Assembly (NCBI RefSeq): GCF_009914755.1
Contig: NC_060938.1
Strand: one strand, 5' to 3'
Origin: the human T2T-CHM13v2.0 reference genome, Homo sapiens
DNA length: 64,000 bases
Shown: positions 23,673-36,885 of the stretch, piece after piece
Position numbering within the stretch: the first letter of the stretch is position 1
How the letters are laid out: each line of letters begins with the position of its first letter
Program-made: the position numbers and the translations under genes
Notes under the pieces: generated by a model
Databases searched by the model: none
What the model saw: the letters and a program-made list of their open reading frames with translations, nothing else
Told to the model about the DNA's origin: nothing

Positions 23673-25770
23673 AATATTAAGTCACCAAAATGACAGGATT
23701 TACAACCAACCATTCTTAGTCCCCAGAAGCCTTAGCGATAAGCTCCTGGTAAACACAACAGCCTGTCCTCCCAAGGAGTCTGATTACAAATTTAAATATG
23801 TATATGATTAGAACTCTGCCAGTCTCCCACCCCTGAAGACAGATGAAGTAAAATTTGATTTATATCATACCTGGAATTCTATTGTGTTAGATTCACTCTG
23901 TTTTGCAGGATCACTACCAGGCCTGATGAATTTTGTATGTTTAGAAAGTTGCGTTTGGGCAAAACAGGGACTACTATTAATGATCTTGAATAGCCCTGTA
24001 ATCTCATGAACTAAAACTTAAACATTGATACAGAATAGTCAAATATTTGGAAACGGCACACTGGCAATTGGAAAACATTATACTTGTGTTATCTTCTTTT
24101 TTGATATCCTGGCTGAGGTCCAGGGTTGAAAAGCCTTTTACCCTGAGCCTTAATCTCATGGCCTTGAATTTGCCTTTAACTCTCTGGCTGCCAATCTCAT
24201 TAAAGTCTCTTCTACCATGGAGTTCCTTAGACACAATAACTTGTTCATTGGCCATAGTTATCAGGGAAGGTAGAAACATCACAGCTAGGCAGCTTTCCTA
24301 ATTGTTGTCAATTCCGGCCAAATGATGCTGACTTCTATTTAACTTAACCAATGTCATTATGGCAATAAAAGGCTAAGGAAAATAAACGTGCAGTTAAAGC
24401 ACGACATTATTGTTAAACCAATGCGCTTTAATATTTCTTTGTGCTAAGGTACCTCAGCTATTTCATTATGCCAACTAAGATTAGCAAATGCATGTTTATG
24501 AAGAGTATGCTTTTCCTTTTTAATGTTAAATGCATGCATGTTGCCTGCACTTACAGCTCGCTCTAGCAAGGGTAATAAATATATATGCTTTGCCACTAGA
24601 TGTATATTACTGGTACCATCACCACTAGTCTCTACCAGCAGAGTGTAGACTAGCCTTACTACCCCACCCCCAAACTGTGAGGTCCCTAGTGAAGACAGGA
24701 GGTCACTGTCACCTAGATGCTTATCTAGACCACCCTTCACCCACTTGTCACTCTGTCACATCATTAATGCAAATGTTATAGATGACAATAAAATAAAACA
24801 AGTTACCCCCAAAGGAATTTCTGTTTGTGTGCTGTTAAGAAAAGCTCTAAAGCCATGTTTTCAAAGTGCAGCTTGTGATCCCTAGAGGGTACAGCAAAGT
24901 TCTTATAGGAGTTGGCAGCATCAAAAGAACACCGACACTCTGTGGGCACTTTTCCTCGGTCAGTCTCTCCATCTTAGCAAGCGCCAATCAATATTTCTTG
25001 ATCTCCAATTTTGTGCAAAACTCCTCTTGTGCTTAACCCTTCTGGCTGTCTCCTTTGCCAGCTCCCTCTTTCTGGGACAGAAGGAAATGCGTTTGTCCTT
25101 TTGACAGGATGCAATTTTTGAACACACTTATTTCTTTCCATTTGTGAAGAATTTCTTGGGGTTTCAGGCTCTCTAGAACCCCTTGCATGACTTAGAGAAT
25201 TAAAAAAAAAAGTATGGGAAAGACATTTCCAACATTATCAAAATTATCCTTGTTTCTAAATAAATGAGATTGTTTTCCCCTTTTTCTCAGGAGGCTTGAG
25301 TTGGCTCGTTTCCCAAACTCAACCTTTTGGATAGTAAATTCCTTTTGAAAAGAAGCACGAAGCCCTTTTGATGTTATAAGTAGTATATGTACTAGAAGGG
25401 AGAGGATCATGGAATTGCAACACAAAGCCTGAGAGATGTCGCTGGGATAGAGTAGGTCTTATTCTCTACTCAACACTTCGTAACTTTATGCAGTATTAGA
25501 AGATACATTTTAAGAAGCATTTTAATAAGAACTGACAGTTGTTCTATCTATTTGCCTCTAATACAGCGTGAGTGATTTACTGATACGTAGATATACAACT
25601 ATAACTACAGAACAAAAAGAAAGTCAGTGAGGATTCAGTCATGCGCTGCTATCATGGCCTTTAGGCAATCTTCCATAAGGCAAGTTACAGTCTGGGATTA
25701 GTTCTGAAAAGGCAGAAGATTTTTCTGTTCCATAGAATTCCTGAAGAACTTCCAAGGCAGTGAATTCATA

Positions 25771-25882
25771 TTCTCTCCGTCTGTCTCTCTCTCTCCCTCT
25801 CCCCCACTCTCCCCCTCCCCGCCCCGCCCCCACCCTTCCTCCCTCCCTCCCTCCCTCCCTCTCTCTCTCTCCCTTTCTCCCA
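25771..25882 (+). repeat. Polypyrimidine/polypurine tract with (CCCT)n and GC boxes
   Basis: About 110 bp of almost pure C/T, including ccccgccccgcccc and five CCCT units. Confidence 0.9.
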
Positions 25883-28800
25883 CCTGTCCCTGTGCACATC
25901 TAAATGTACACCTTACAAATTCACTTCTCAGGATGGCCTGTTGTCTTCCCCACTGTGACCCTTTCCCCTGCAAGTTCAATGCTCTGTTTTTGGCAGGCAT
26001 TTAAAACCCTGAAGACATAAACCTCACTTTGTCAATGTGGCAGTGAGGCCCAACACATCAGTAAAATGTCATGGAGGTGTCAGCCCTTTACATCATAACT
26101 GCAGTTCATTTCTCTGCATTGACAGTGATGCTTATACTGAGTAAGGATTAGAATGGGCATATTTCCAGATCTTAATTACATCAGGCATAAGGATGAGCAA
26201 CAGCATTTTTCTTTGGGGGAGAATAGGAGAGGAGGGAGAGAGAGAAGGGAGAGTAATGCTGAATTTGGCCATCTAGAGCCTCATGCGTCCCCGTTTATCA
26301 AGAGATAATAGGATTAAGTTAAGCTATGGGACTTCTCTGGCTAATGCTGCCTTCAGCAGGGGTCTAATAAGGATAGATATAATTGGGTAAATGGCGAATA
26401 AGAATGAAAAAGTCCAGAGTATAAGCACAATGCTTAGGAATAAATAATGACAAATTGGATTTTGTCCAATCTCTGCAGACTTGGTTCAAATCTGGCATCC
26501 TACACTGAATTATAAGGGGTAACATCTATTTTTCTTCTTAGTAACTTGTCTCTGTTCATTGCAAACGTCACAAAGTATCTTCACAAGTTTAACGGAGTCT
26601 ATCAGTGCTGCTCATGTGAAATCAAGTAGGAACTGTTAAGGAACATTCAAATAAGGTTAAAGACACAGAGTAAATTAAGTGCCTAAAAACAAATGTGATA
26701 CAAATTAGAGTTTGTGTCTTTGACCCTTATCCATTTACAGAATTTACCCCATTAACAGCTGGAAATTTATTTTCACTTTCTTCACCTCTCTAAGAGGAAA
26801 GCAAACATATAACACAGCCCCAAAGGAGTAATTAATTAGATCATTTACTGACATGGATTTGAATAGTTTATTTAAATACAATTCTGTTATTTATTTATTT
26901 TACAACATTATGCAAGAGGTTGAAACTCCTGTTCCAATTTGCACTTAGCAAGAATCTCTGAAAAAATATCACAGTGAAGGAAATAAACAAAGAACCAGGA
27001 TCAAAGGGCCACATTCAGAAACGCATAAAAGAATTTCACCAGGACGTGTGTTTCAGTTATAAAAAAATCAAAAAAATAAAAAAAAATAGGAGGTGGTTTG
27101 GGTTGGGAAGTGAGGGGGAGGACAAGGCTGTTTGTTTGTTTTGTATCCCCATGGGCATATTTTTAACAAACATAATGAGTTCATTGAAAAGATGCTATGT
27201 AAAAAGGCAAGAAAAGAAATTTAAAAATAAAAGATACCAGTGTAGGTAAGAAAGGTATAATGAATATGCAGATTATCACAACAAAATGAAGACTGCTTTT
27301 GAAAACAGGCAGTGGAAAATTCATGAACTCAGAAGCAAGTTTTTTTTTTTTTTTTTTAAGATACCCGTGCAACCTCACAAATGATGATAGTTGTAAATTA
27401 TTCCCAGAAAACGAAAGGTTCTTCAAGTATATTTTCAAAGGCTGGAAGTAAAAGTAGGAAATTAGTTCACCAAAGGTGAGTAATGAGTCTCCTCTAGAAT
27501 TAAGAAGGTTTTATTCTTTTTTGAAAAACAAATTATGAGATGTTTTAAGATAGATGTTCACATTCGAACCTTTAGATAAGTAAATGGCCCTATAAATGCT
27601 TGTATGTTATCTTTTAAATGTTTTCATTCAGTGGGCTTTTAGGGAAATCTCTGATTAAACCATCGTATATACACTTCAGCTTTATTCCTCTAACCTATGG
27701 GATTATAATCTTCTGGTCACTATAACTACAGAACACAGGAAAATGTCTTCCCAGTGCTTTGATTCCATACAGAGTTTAAGATTACAGAAGTTGAAACGTG
27801 GTGGAGATAGGAGATGACATTTCAGAAGGGGAGTGGATAATAGGGAAGCATAATACTCTAAAACCCGAATTTTCAGAGAGTTGAGGAGCAGAGTATTCCT
27901 CACCTAACACCCACCTCAGAGCCTCCCTCTCTGATCTCTTGCCTTCCTCCCTGTTCTTCTGCCACACCTGGCAGAAGAGACCAGCGAGGTCTGGTCTCTT
28001 TCCTTCCTCTCTCCCTGCCCGTCCTTCTTTGCCCAACCTTCACCCCACTGCTTGTCACTCATGATCTCCCTCTGTCAGACAGCAATTTGGAGGTGCCGTA
28101 TCTGCCTTTCTGCAATTTCTCTCTTCACTTTTTCTCTTTCTTTCTCAGTTGGAACTAAAGAATTGTGTTGGTAATAAACATTTTTAAATATGCTAATTAT
28201 GTCAGTAAATTAAAACATGTTAATGAATATACAGATCACTTTAAAACAAGGGAGCCAAACACTATTTGTTAAGAAGAAAGACAATGCTAGATGACAGTGT
28301 TTGTTTTGTGATCCAGGTGGGGAAAGCAAAGGAAGACCCGAGAAAGAGAAATTTGTCCCATGTTAGTTGACTACGTATGCAGTCTCCCTTTAATGTGGTA
28401 ACAATGAAAAGCTGGTGAGCTGATAGCCAATTCAGGCTAAAATAGAACATTCAAGTGTGCAAGTACTATGAAACTTCAGCGTAACTTAGAAACAAGTGAA
28501 CAGAAAAATGACTCCCATCTTTGAGTGGCTCAGCTCTGTGTCCTGGTGGTCAGTTCCACAGGGCAGTTTATCTTGCTAGGACAGACAGTAGTAACCTAAA
28601 TCAGTGTTGGGCTGCTTGTCTCCACCCGTGGGTTTTGTTTTGTTCTGTTTGAACAGAAAACCAAGGATAGCGTTTCACTAGGACTATACATTTCCACAGT
28701 TATACCTTTATTATCTATCCGGAGCAAGAGAACCACGAAATGCGTCTGATCTCTCCCACTGCATGTAGAGAAACCAGTGAAATAAACTTGGACCTGGGTT

Positions 28801-29257
28801 TTCATTCAGCTCTAAAAGCTAAGTCAGAATGGTTCATGCACAGCACACAAAATGCCCTTCACACAGCAGACAGTTACCTAATGGTAAACGATGAGGGATC
28901 ATGGTTTCAGGTGAACTGTCATGTCATAGGGGCTTAAGTAGCTTCTCCATTAGAAAAGTGACTACAGGATTATGAGACTGCTAATGGAAACTAGTTGTCA
29001 CCTCACATGCTTTTCTGTCATCAGGCTACTGCATGACCCAAGCACCTCCCTCGAACAGCTTTCCCCTCCGTTGAAATATGCTCCTTTTCTCCACCCAAAG
29101 TCAGCCTACGGCTGACCTTTTTTCTGGACCTCAACAGCTTTGCAGATATTTCCAGCAGAAATACTGCCTTTCCCCCTAAAACAGCCTTTTAGAAAGGCTT
29201 CCTGGTTTTGTAACTTTATACATTTTTCCAAATTCCACTATGCAATTCCATGCTATA

Positions 29258-29570
29258 TATTCATTTAGCAAATATTTATTAAGCACCTACTGTATGCCAG
29301 GTACTGTTTCTAGGCACTAGGAGTACAGCAGTGAACACAACAGGCAAAAAGTGCTGCCTTCATGAAATTTATATTTTTGATAAGGGATGTTAGAAATTCA
29401 AATAAATAAAAGGATCCTATGGTATGTTTGAAGGCAATAGATTCTAGGGAGGAAAATAAGGCAATATGGGGATTATCATGGACGGCAGGGTTGTAGTTGT
29501 GAATAGGATGGTCAGGGAACACCTCGTGAAAGGTCTGGAGGAGGAGCTGAGGAACTATGTAGGAAGCACT
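29258..29570 (-). mobile_element. L2a LINE 3' fragment
   Basis: attcatttagcaaatatttattaagcacctactgtatgccaggtactgtttctaggcactag..acagcagtgaaca. Confidence 0.85.
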
Positions 29571-32500
29571 ATGAGGGTGGGCCCTTGTCTTTCTAGCCCC
29601 GGAGACTGCATTATTATCTGCTAAATATTTACTGAGCATTAAGTTGATCTATATTTGTCTTCCTTCGGAGCATTACTTCATGACAGGGAGGAGGTACTAA
29701 CACTGTACCTTCTTCCCGTAGTGTGTTTTACAGGGCTTGACCTGTTGACAGGAAGCACTCAGTAACGGCCAAATGCTTGACTCAGAGATAAAAATACCCA
29801 GAAAGGACTGTCAGAATAATAACACAGGCATAGTGGTTCCTCACACCGAATCCCCCACATTTGTGAATGTGTGTGAGGAGATAAATAGTACATGCTTAGA
29901 GAGATGTGGATTTCAAAGTAGTCACACAGATCACATTCAAGTATCCCCTGAGTTAAAATACCTGGTCCATAAGCCACTGTCAAAAGAAAGGTGCAGTGTT
30001 AGTAAAACAGTTCAGTGTGAGGAAAAGATTCTCGTGCCAGAGATCTCTACTGATCGGCCAGCCTGGCACATGCATGTCACTGAGAGAAATAAAGTCCAGG
30101 GACTTTAAAGCTGTGGGGCAAGACACAAATCAAGGTGAGGGGAATTGCAACCACGCTTCACCTGACACCCAGACCCTTCACAGATTTCATTTTCTTGTTC
30201 CCCTGACGCATCACAGAGGGAGGAAACCCAGCTCATCGGGCACTTCAGTTGCTTTTATTAAAAGGAAAGAATCTTTTAATATGTGGATGGAACTTCCTGC
30301 TTTTGGTAAATAGAACTGATTCATGGACAGGGCCAGTAAATAGTACCTTTGGAGAGGTAGGTAGGTATAAACACAAAACTAGAAAATAAAATCCCAAGAC
30401 TCATGCTAGCTTTCTCATGTATAGACGGTTTCTCCTTTCTGAGTCTGTGATAAGAATCTCTTATGGATTCCTCGTGTGCTTAGCCTCATCTTTGTGTAAA
30501 AGTCTGCCGCATCCCAAATTATCACCAAGAATCCATCTTCCCGAAGATGAGACACCAGGAGCAACAGAGATTGGCTAAACAGGAGGTGTTTTGAATGAAA
30601 TGCATGGTTTAATCACATTCTACTTTCAGAAAACTACTTCATTTAAGTCGGTGCTTGCCTGGGGTAATAATTTATGCTCCACACTTGAGTAATCACCAGG
30701 AAGATTGCTCGGTACCCATCCCATCACAAACATAGCCACCAGTATTCATGGCCTTAAGTCAACTTCTGGAAACTTTGGATCTAGATAATCTCAGCAAAAT
30801 GCAGACCTCTGGATTTAGAGGTCCCCCGACTACCCCACCTTCATAGAGAAGAATTTCATTTCTCATGCTTTACATTAACATTTGGAAGTGAAGCGTGTCC
30901 TCTTTTCTCCTAATCAACATATTTTAAAAGACAGTACTCTTGAACATTAAAAATGCTCAGTTTTCTACGTACTATATATTTTGTCTCACAAAAATGGAAA
31001 ACTACAGAATGTCAGCCAAAAAACCATTCATTTTTAAATTTGAATTTTTTTCACAAGATCTCCTTGGTTTCTTCTCTCCCCACGTTAGAACTTACCCACA
31101 TTCATAAAGTGCATTTGAATTTGCATTTTTTTTTTCACCTTCTCTCTCTGCCCCAAGGAGGGTGGCCTCATGTGAGTGCTCAGGTTGCGTAGTGAACAAG
31201 GATGCCACCTCTAGGGGGTCATAGTATATGAATGTGAGTGGCCGCCTGCACTCCCCAGGTTCTGGATGTGGATGTGAGCAGGGGGAGTGGGGGCAGGTTC
31301 ATTGGTGCAGGCAGCCTCCTGTAAGCTCTGGAAAGCAACCCAGGCAGAATAACCAGGCCTCACTGTATGGTTGTCCAAGTCCTGCACTGTTATACTAATG
31401 TAAACATCTTTTACCCATGGAAGGAATGCATTTTTTTTTTTTTTAATTCTCACAAAGTCATGTATGGACTGGCTGCTGTTCTGGTACCAACACAAGTCAT
31501 AGAGAGAAATAGATAGTCTAACGGCGGCCAATTGTGATAACATTTTCCACCTGTCCCCAAATTTCTGCTGTATAAATTGTTTCTTTCTCCCGGCGTCCTC
31601 ATCTGTCTTGATTTTCCTTCAGCTTTTCTCAGCCCTGAGCATGCCTTCTTTTTTCAGCAACCACTAAGGTTCACAGAATAGACTATGTTACTAAATTAAC
31701 ATAAAAGCTCTCTGTGTTTACTTAACTACTCAAATCACTTATCTTACCAGAAGCAACCCTGGGCTAACAGGGGAAGGACAGTGGCTAAGTTTTATTGCAA
31801 CTCTAGGCTGTAGATGCACTAAACTCCTGTTAGCTATAACCCCTGTTATACATGAAGGGAAGATAATTGTCTCCCAAGTTTTCAGTTGAGAAGAAGCTCT
31901 CAAGCAGTCTTGCTTGACTAGATATTTAAGTTGGCTAGTCAGCTCGGTCAGAGTACATTCTAACAACCCAACACCTGTGACCCAGCATGCTGAGGGGCCC
32001 GGCAGATTCCTGACAGACTTGGCCCCTCCTCAGGCAGGCCTGGGGACTCCTGCTTTTAGAATGTAATTTTTCTTCACCTAACCTTTAAACTATTAGTTAC
32101 CTCATCAATCCAGACCAAACTCAGTAGACATTTCACTAAAATGAATAGAGACAGAGAATATCACTTTCCTGATCCTGTTCAGCAATTTTCAAGCCGCCTT
32201 GGCCTCCTATTGGGAGCCTTCATGCTTGGTTTGTTTATGCTCTCAGAAGAATCAGTTTTGAGGTGTTTATTCCAGTGGTTAAATTTGACGAGGTGAAGAA
32301 AAGTCAAACTCTCCCCAATATTGCCTAGGAAGAGTCTAAAATAATTGGTACGTATTTCTTACATGTGAGGAAAGAAGAGAAGCTTCCATTTCTTTATAAC
32401 AGCAGAGTTTTTCAGACTTCTTGGCCAGGGAAACTAAAAAACAAATTTGCTTTATCTTCAAAAATAAAGATGCTTATTTCTTCCTTAACATGCATAGCAG

Positions 32501-33261
32501 ATATTATTTTGTAATGTAATTGCCCACTTAAATTTTTGTTTCATATTTCTTCATTCTCTTAACCAAGTCCCAGACATAATAGTTAAAATTAGTGGATCAT
32601 CTTTCTGAAATTATACATTTTAATTATGATTATTTGATAAGCATTTCAGGCAAACTCGCCCATATATCACATAAAATCAGAAATAAGTGTGTATATCAAT
32701 ATCAGTTTAATCCCAAATGGAGGCTTTATTTAAACTATCGAGGACTTGATTACAGGAGCTTGGAGATTAGAAATGAGATTTACAATAGGCTAGAGGGAAA
32801 TATTTAAATATCTTTGCTAGAGCAAATTATAGTCATTTTTAAAAAGGCTTACAATATGAGTGTACTGAGAATTTCCTCCAATGTATCCAGTTATTGAATT
32901 ATGCTTCTTTCATAGTCACCTCTTCAACTTATTTAGAAAAACAGCTTACCCATAAGCAAGGAACATCTAGGTTCTATCATACAGCCAGCAAAGTAAGCTT
33001 TTCGTGGAAAATGTGAGTTCTACGTAATTTTCCATTTGAAATTTCCTGTAAAACCAAGGGTGGGAGCTTGTCTACTTCTTTTTGCTGTGCTACTAAAAGA
33101 ACCAAGTACGTGTTATTTTTAAATATTTTGGGCTCCAAAGTGAGGCTCATGAGTTAACCATGGAGTTACTGAATAATTATTTCTGATACACTTATATCTG
33201 TCTTTCGAATTGAAGGATCTTCCATGTCTACAAGTGTATATTTGTTGAATGGATGAATTTA

Positions 33262-33680
33262 ACTCAATAGAAATGGATTAAACATTCACTGTATATGAGG
33301 CCCTGTAAGGTGGTACAGGAGTTATGAAAGGAGGCAGAGCAGGTAAGGGGCTGGGATAGGCTCAAAAGGGAAAATGTGTTTAGATGAGGTGGTGTCACTT
33401 CTCTGGGAAAAGAACATTTAGATAGAGCTCTGAAGGAGGTAAGAAGGCATTGGAGTGGAGAAAGTGGATTCTAAGACAGAAAACAGCATCAGTAATAGTC
33501 TAAAGGTGAAGAGATGCTAGAGGTTTTAGGAAATGGAAGGGAAGTAAGTGTGACTACAGTTTAGTGAACAAGCAGGAAGGTGGCACGAGATAATTTGGAG
33601 AAAGAGATGGGCCACCAAGAGTCTTAACGGGGCTGGCAACTCTTTTGAGTTTTATGTACAATGGAAAGCATGCAAGTGCT
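33262..33680 (-). mobile_element. L2 LINE fragment
   Basis: cttctctgggaaaagaacatttagatagagctctgaaggaggtaag...caatggaaagc; heavily diverged antisense L2. Confidence 0.55.
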
Positions 33681-36253
33681 TTTACGCAGCCCCGTGCACA
33701 GACTCCAAGTCTTCAGTTCTGCACTAGTTCTATCAGAGTAGTCTGAGAGCGAGCCTATCTGTTTCCCAGGAAGCTCCCCAAAATCTCATTTTAGGAACCC
33801 AAAATGAACACATACCTTAAAAAGGTGATATTTTTCTTTTCTGTTAGAATACATTAAACAATAACATTTCCCTGAATGAGTTCATCATATTCCTAGAGCT
33901 GGCTCAGAGTGTTTTGGGGTTTTACTGAACAGGACTGTCTGTCCTATGATGGGAATATTTGTTCCCTGTTATGCCTATGAGTTGGATGTTAGCCTGAGCT
34001 GGAAAGCTGGGTGGAGAGCTTCCCTGCCGTCTCGCTGGCACAGTTCTGGGTGTGCACAGAGCTGGCAGAACTGGAGAAATGCGCTTTAGTTTTAGTTTAC
34101 ATTCTCACCCATTGATACTATATCTATTGAAGGAGTGTTTTCCATATTGAGGTGCCGTATGAAAGTGTAAAACACCAGCATGTGCAGGAAGTGTGAACGT
34201 GGGCAGTGATTTTACTGTTGTTTTTAAAGATGCTCACATGACAAAGCAGGCAAGCTCAAAATTGTACCCATTCTCCCTGAATGCTATAGCAGTAAGCCCT
34301 TAACTCGCTTTGAAGGTGACAAAACTGCTAAATTTAGCTTTGAGTACACCAGTGATACTTAGAGACAGTGAGGGTTTTGGTTTTTTTTCTTTGATAGTTA
34401 TCTGATGTGCATTACAGAAGTGGACTGGAATTACATTTTATTTATTTTATTTTTAGTGGAATTGAATTTAGTAAATTGACAGACCGAACACAAATAATCT
34501 GTGTACAATTTCTACTCTTTCGGATTGACTCCGAAGGAAAGTCAATATAATATAGGGATTTTGTTTCCATGACATCAGACTTCACACTAGCACATGGTAA
34601 ACAATAACTACAGTACTAAATATAGGAATATGCCTGTATCAGAAGGGATTTTGATACAATCCTGTGGCTGAGATTGGTTTCATTGAAGGCAGAGACTGTG
34701 TCAATATAGAAAATGTTGTATATTTGATATTTTAAAAAAACAGCAAAAAAGTTATGCAATAAGAACCATCCATTCCCATAATGGAGAAAGGAAATACATC
34801 AGCAAAAGCTAGGCTAAGATGTAGCATATATGCCTCCACTTTAAAAGAATGTAAACTTGTATTGTAATATTTAGCAAATATAATTGTAATTAAAGTGGTT
34901 GTGCTTTAAAAACCAAAATTCCTTATTAGTTTTTTATTTTAGTTGACACACAATATTTTGTGCTACATTTTGGCAGATATGAATGCTGCTGTTTCAAGTG
35001 CAAGAAGAGTAACCTCCAGAACATATTATAAATTGGCTGGCCTCAGAATAGGGGGAGATGATTAGATTGTCGAGTTTCCTGCTGAGTGGTACATGCTTGT
35101 TTTGTAATACTGTTTTATGAGTCGGAGATTCAAACAGAACATGTAGGTCCAATTCAATACCTCAGCATTGTTGATCTGCTTTTTATTGATTTTTCATCTG
35201 TTCAAATCTAGAGTTCTTGGTAGGTTTCAAGGATATCATAGCAAAAGGTTGTAGTAAAAGAGTTTTAATTAGAAATGCATTGTTTTCACTAAAATATGGT
35301 GAGCTGTTTTGTTGCTTTTTGGCTTTGCTCTATCATATTCATGAAGTAGGATCTTTTTATCAAGAAAAAAGTTCTCTTTGTGCAAGGCAAAGTTAGAGTA
35401 CTAAGAGGTTTATAGATTTTGTGTCTGAGCATCACTGAAGACAGTGACTTACCCTGTATTCGTTTCATGGGCAGGTAAACATTCTCATATTAAATAGGGA
35501 GACATGGTGCCTATATGTTTCGAACCCATTATCTGCCTGATCAATTTTTCATAGCTTTTCTGTTTTATATTACTAAATAATTACCTTATGACACTTGGAG
35601 AGAAAATTGCTAAGGATGTTTATGCCATTTGAAATTAGCATCTAAAACCCAGTTATATTTCCTTTTTTTCTTTCTTATCATTGCCTCTGTTAATTTTTCT
35701 TCAGGATCCATTGAACAGTATACAGTGACATTGTAAGAGGGTTGTACTTCCTCACCTCAGTGCCTTGTTAATGCCGTTCATTAATCTAGAACCTCGAGCT
35801 TGTTCAGAGATGGTTAGATATTCCATATTTCCATGGAGTTTTGGAGAAGGGTGACAGCTTACTTACAGCTTCTGCAACCAGACCTCGTTGGTTGTCATGT
35901 CATTTTTAATACTGATAAAATGGAAGGGCATGCACATGAACTTAGAGCCTTTGAAGGCAGGAAGAGAGGCACAGTGGCACACACAACATACACAGTCATT
36001 CCGTCACCCTGCACTGTGCTGGAACAAATCAAGTCCTTTTGTGTTTGTTTACCTCCCTGTTTGCTTTCTGTACCTGGCAGAGAATGAATTCATGTCCAGG
36101 AGCAAGCTCCTCTCCTAGAGAGCCTCAGATGCCGCTGCCAGTAGCACCACCAGGCCTGGCAGCCCTAAAGCGCATTTATTCTGAGAGACCAGTTAGAGCT
36201 GACCCAAAGGGCTGAACCCCTAGCCCACAAAGCAAAAATACAATTTTTCACTG

Positions 36254-36289
36254 CAGCAGCAGCAGCAGCAGCAACAGCAACGGCAGCAT
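36254..36289 (+). repeat. Interrupted CAG trinucleotide repeat (CAG)6 CAA CAG CAA CGG CAG CAT
   Basis: Read directly from the sequence. Confidence 0.95.
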
Positions 36290-36695
36290 CTCCTTATCTG
36301 TTCAGTTTTTCTATCTTGTAACCTCAAAGCAGATTCCTCAACCCTACCATGATTTCAAATTTGAAACATAAACAATTTAGTAGCAAAACATCTGGGGACC
36401 TGGGTGAAAAGTTATTGTGAACAAACCTCCACAAGTAAAAGGAAGACAGCTACAAATAGAAAAGCCATTTTTGATATTTCCAAAGCCAGTCCTTTTGCTG
36501 CATTTCTTATGAGAGATGAACATTTAAAGTTTTTTTTTTTTCTCAAAGCCTAATAAGGGTTATGGAGAAGAGAAATAACTGACTCAGCGTTGTATTAGGG
36601 ATTACACATAAAGCCAAGATTCAGACACAGTCTTCTAGATCTCAGAATAGGCCATTCTGGTCCTGCGTGGGTCAAGACTGTGTGAGGCCTCTGGA

Positions 36696-36885
36696 TGGTG
36701 TTATCCAGTGGAAATTTGATGATGGAAACATTCTATTTTGCACAGTCTAAGATGGTAGGCACTAGCCGCCTGTGGCCGTGAGCACTAGGATTGTGGCTCA
36801 TGCAACTGAGGAGCTGAATTTTAGATGTTCTTTAATTATAATTAATTTGAAGAGGCAAATATGGTTGGTAGCTACCATATTAGCT
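36696..36885 (+). mobile_element. MER3 hAT MITE
   Basis: gatgatggaaacattctat...ggtaggcactagcc..gagcact...caactgaggagctgaatttt...ggtagctaccatatt. Confidence 0.8.

Noticed and set aside
29773-30108. 111-aa ORF as a coding exon
   Set aside because: No recognisable homology, no clear flanking splice sites, and no ATG at the annotated start.
34470-34546. Small stem-loops (ttcgga-ttgac-tccgaa; attgact...agtcaat)
   Set aside because: Stems of 6-7 bp are expected by chance and there is no recognisable RNA family.
36240-36352. PolyQ or polyA coding exon
   Set aside because: The Q frame ends shortly after in unremarkable sequence, with no good donor site or protein similarity.
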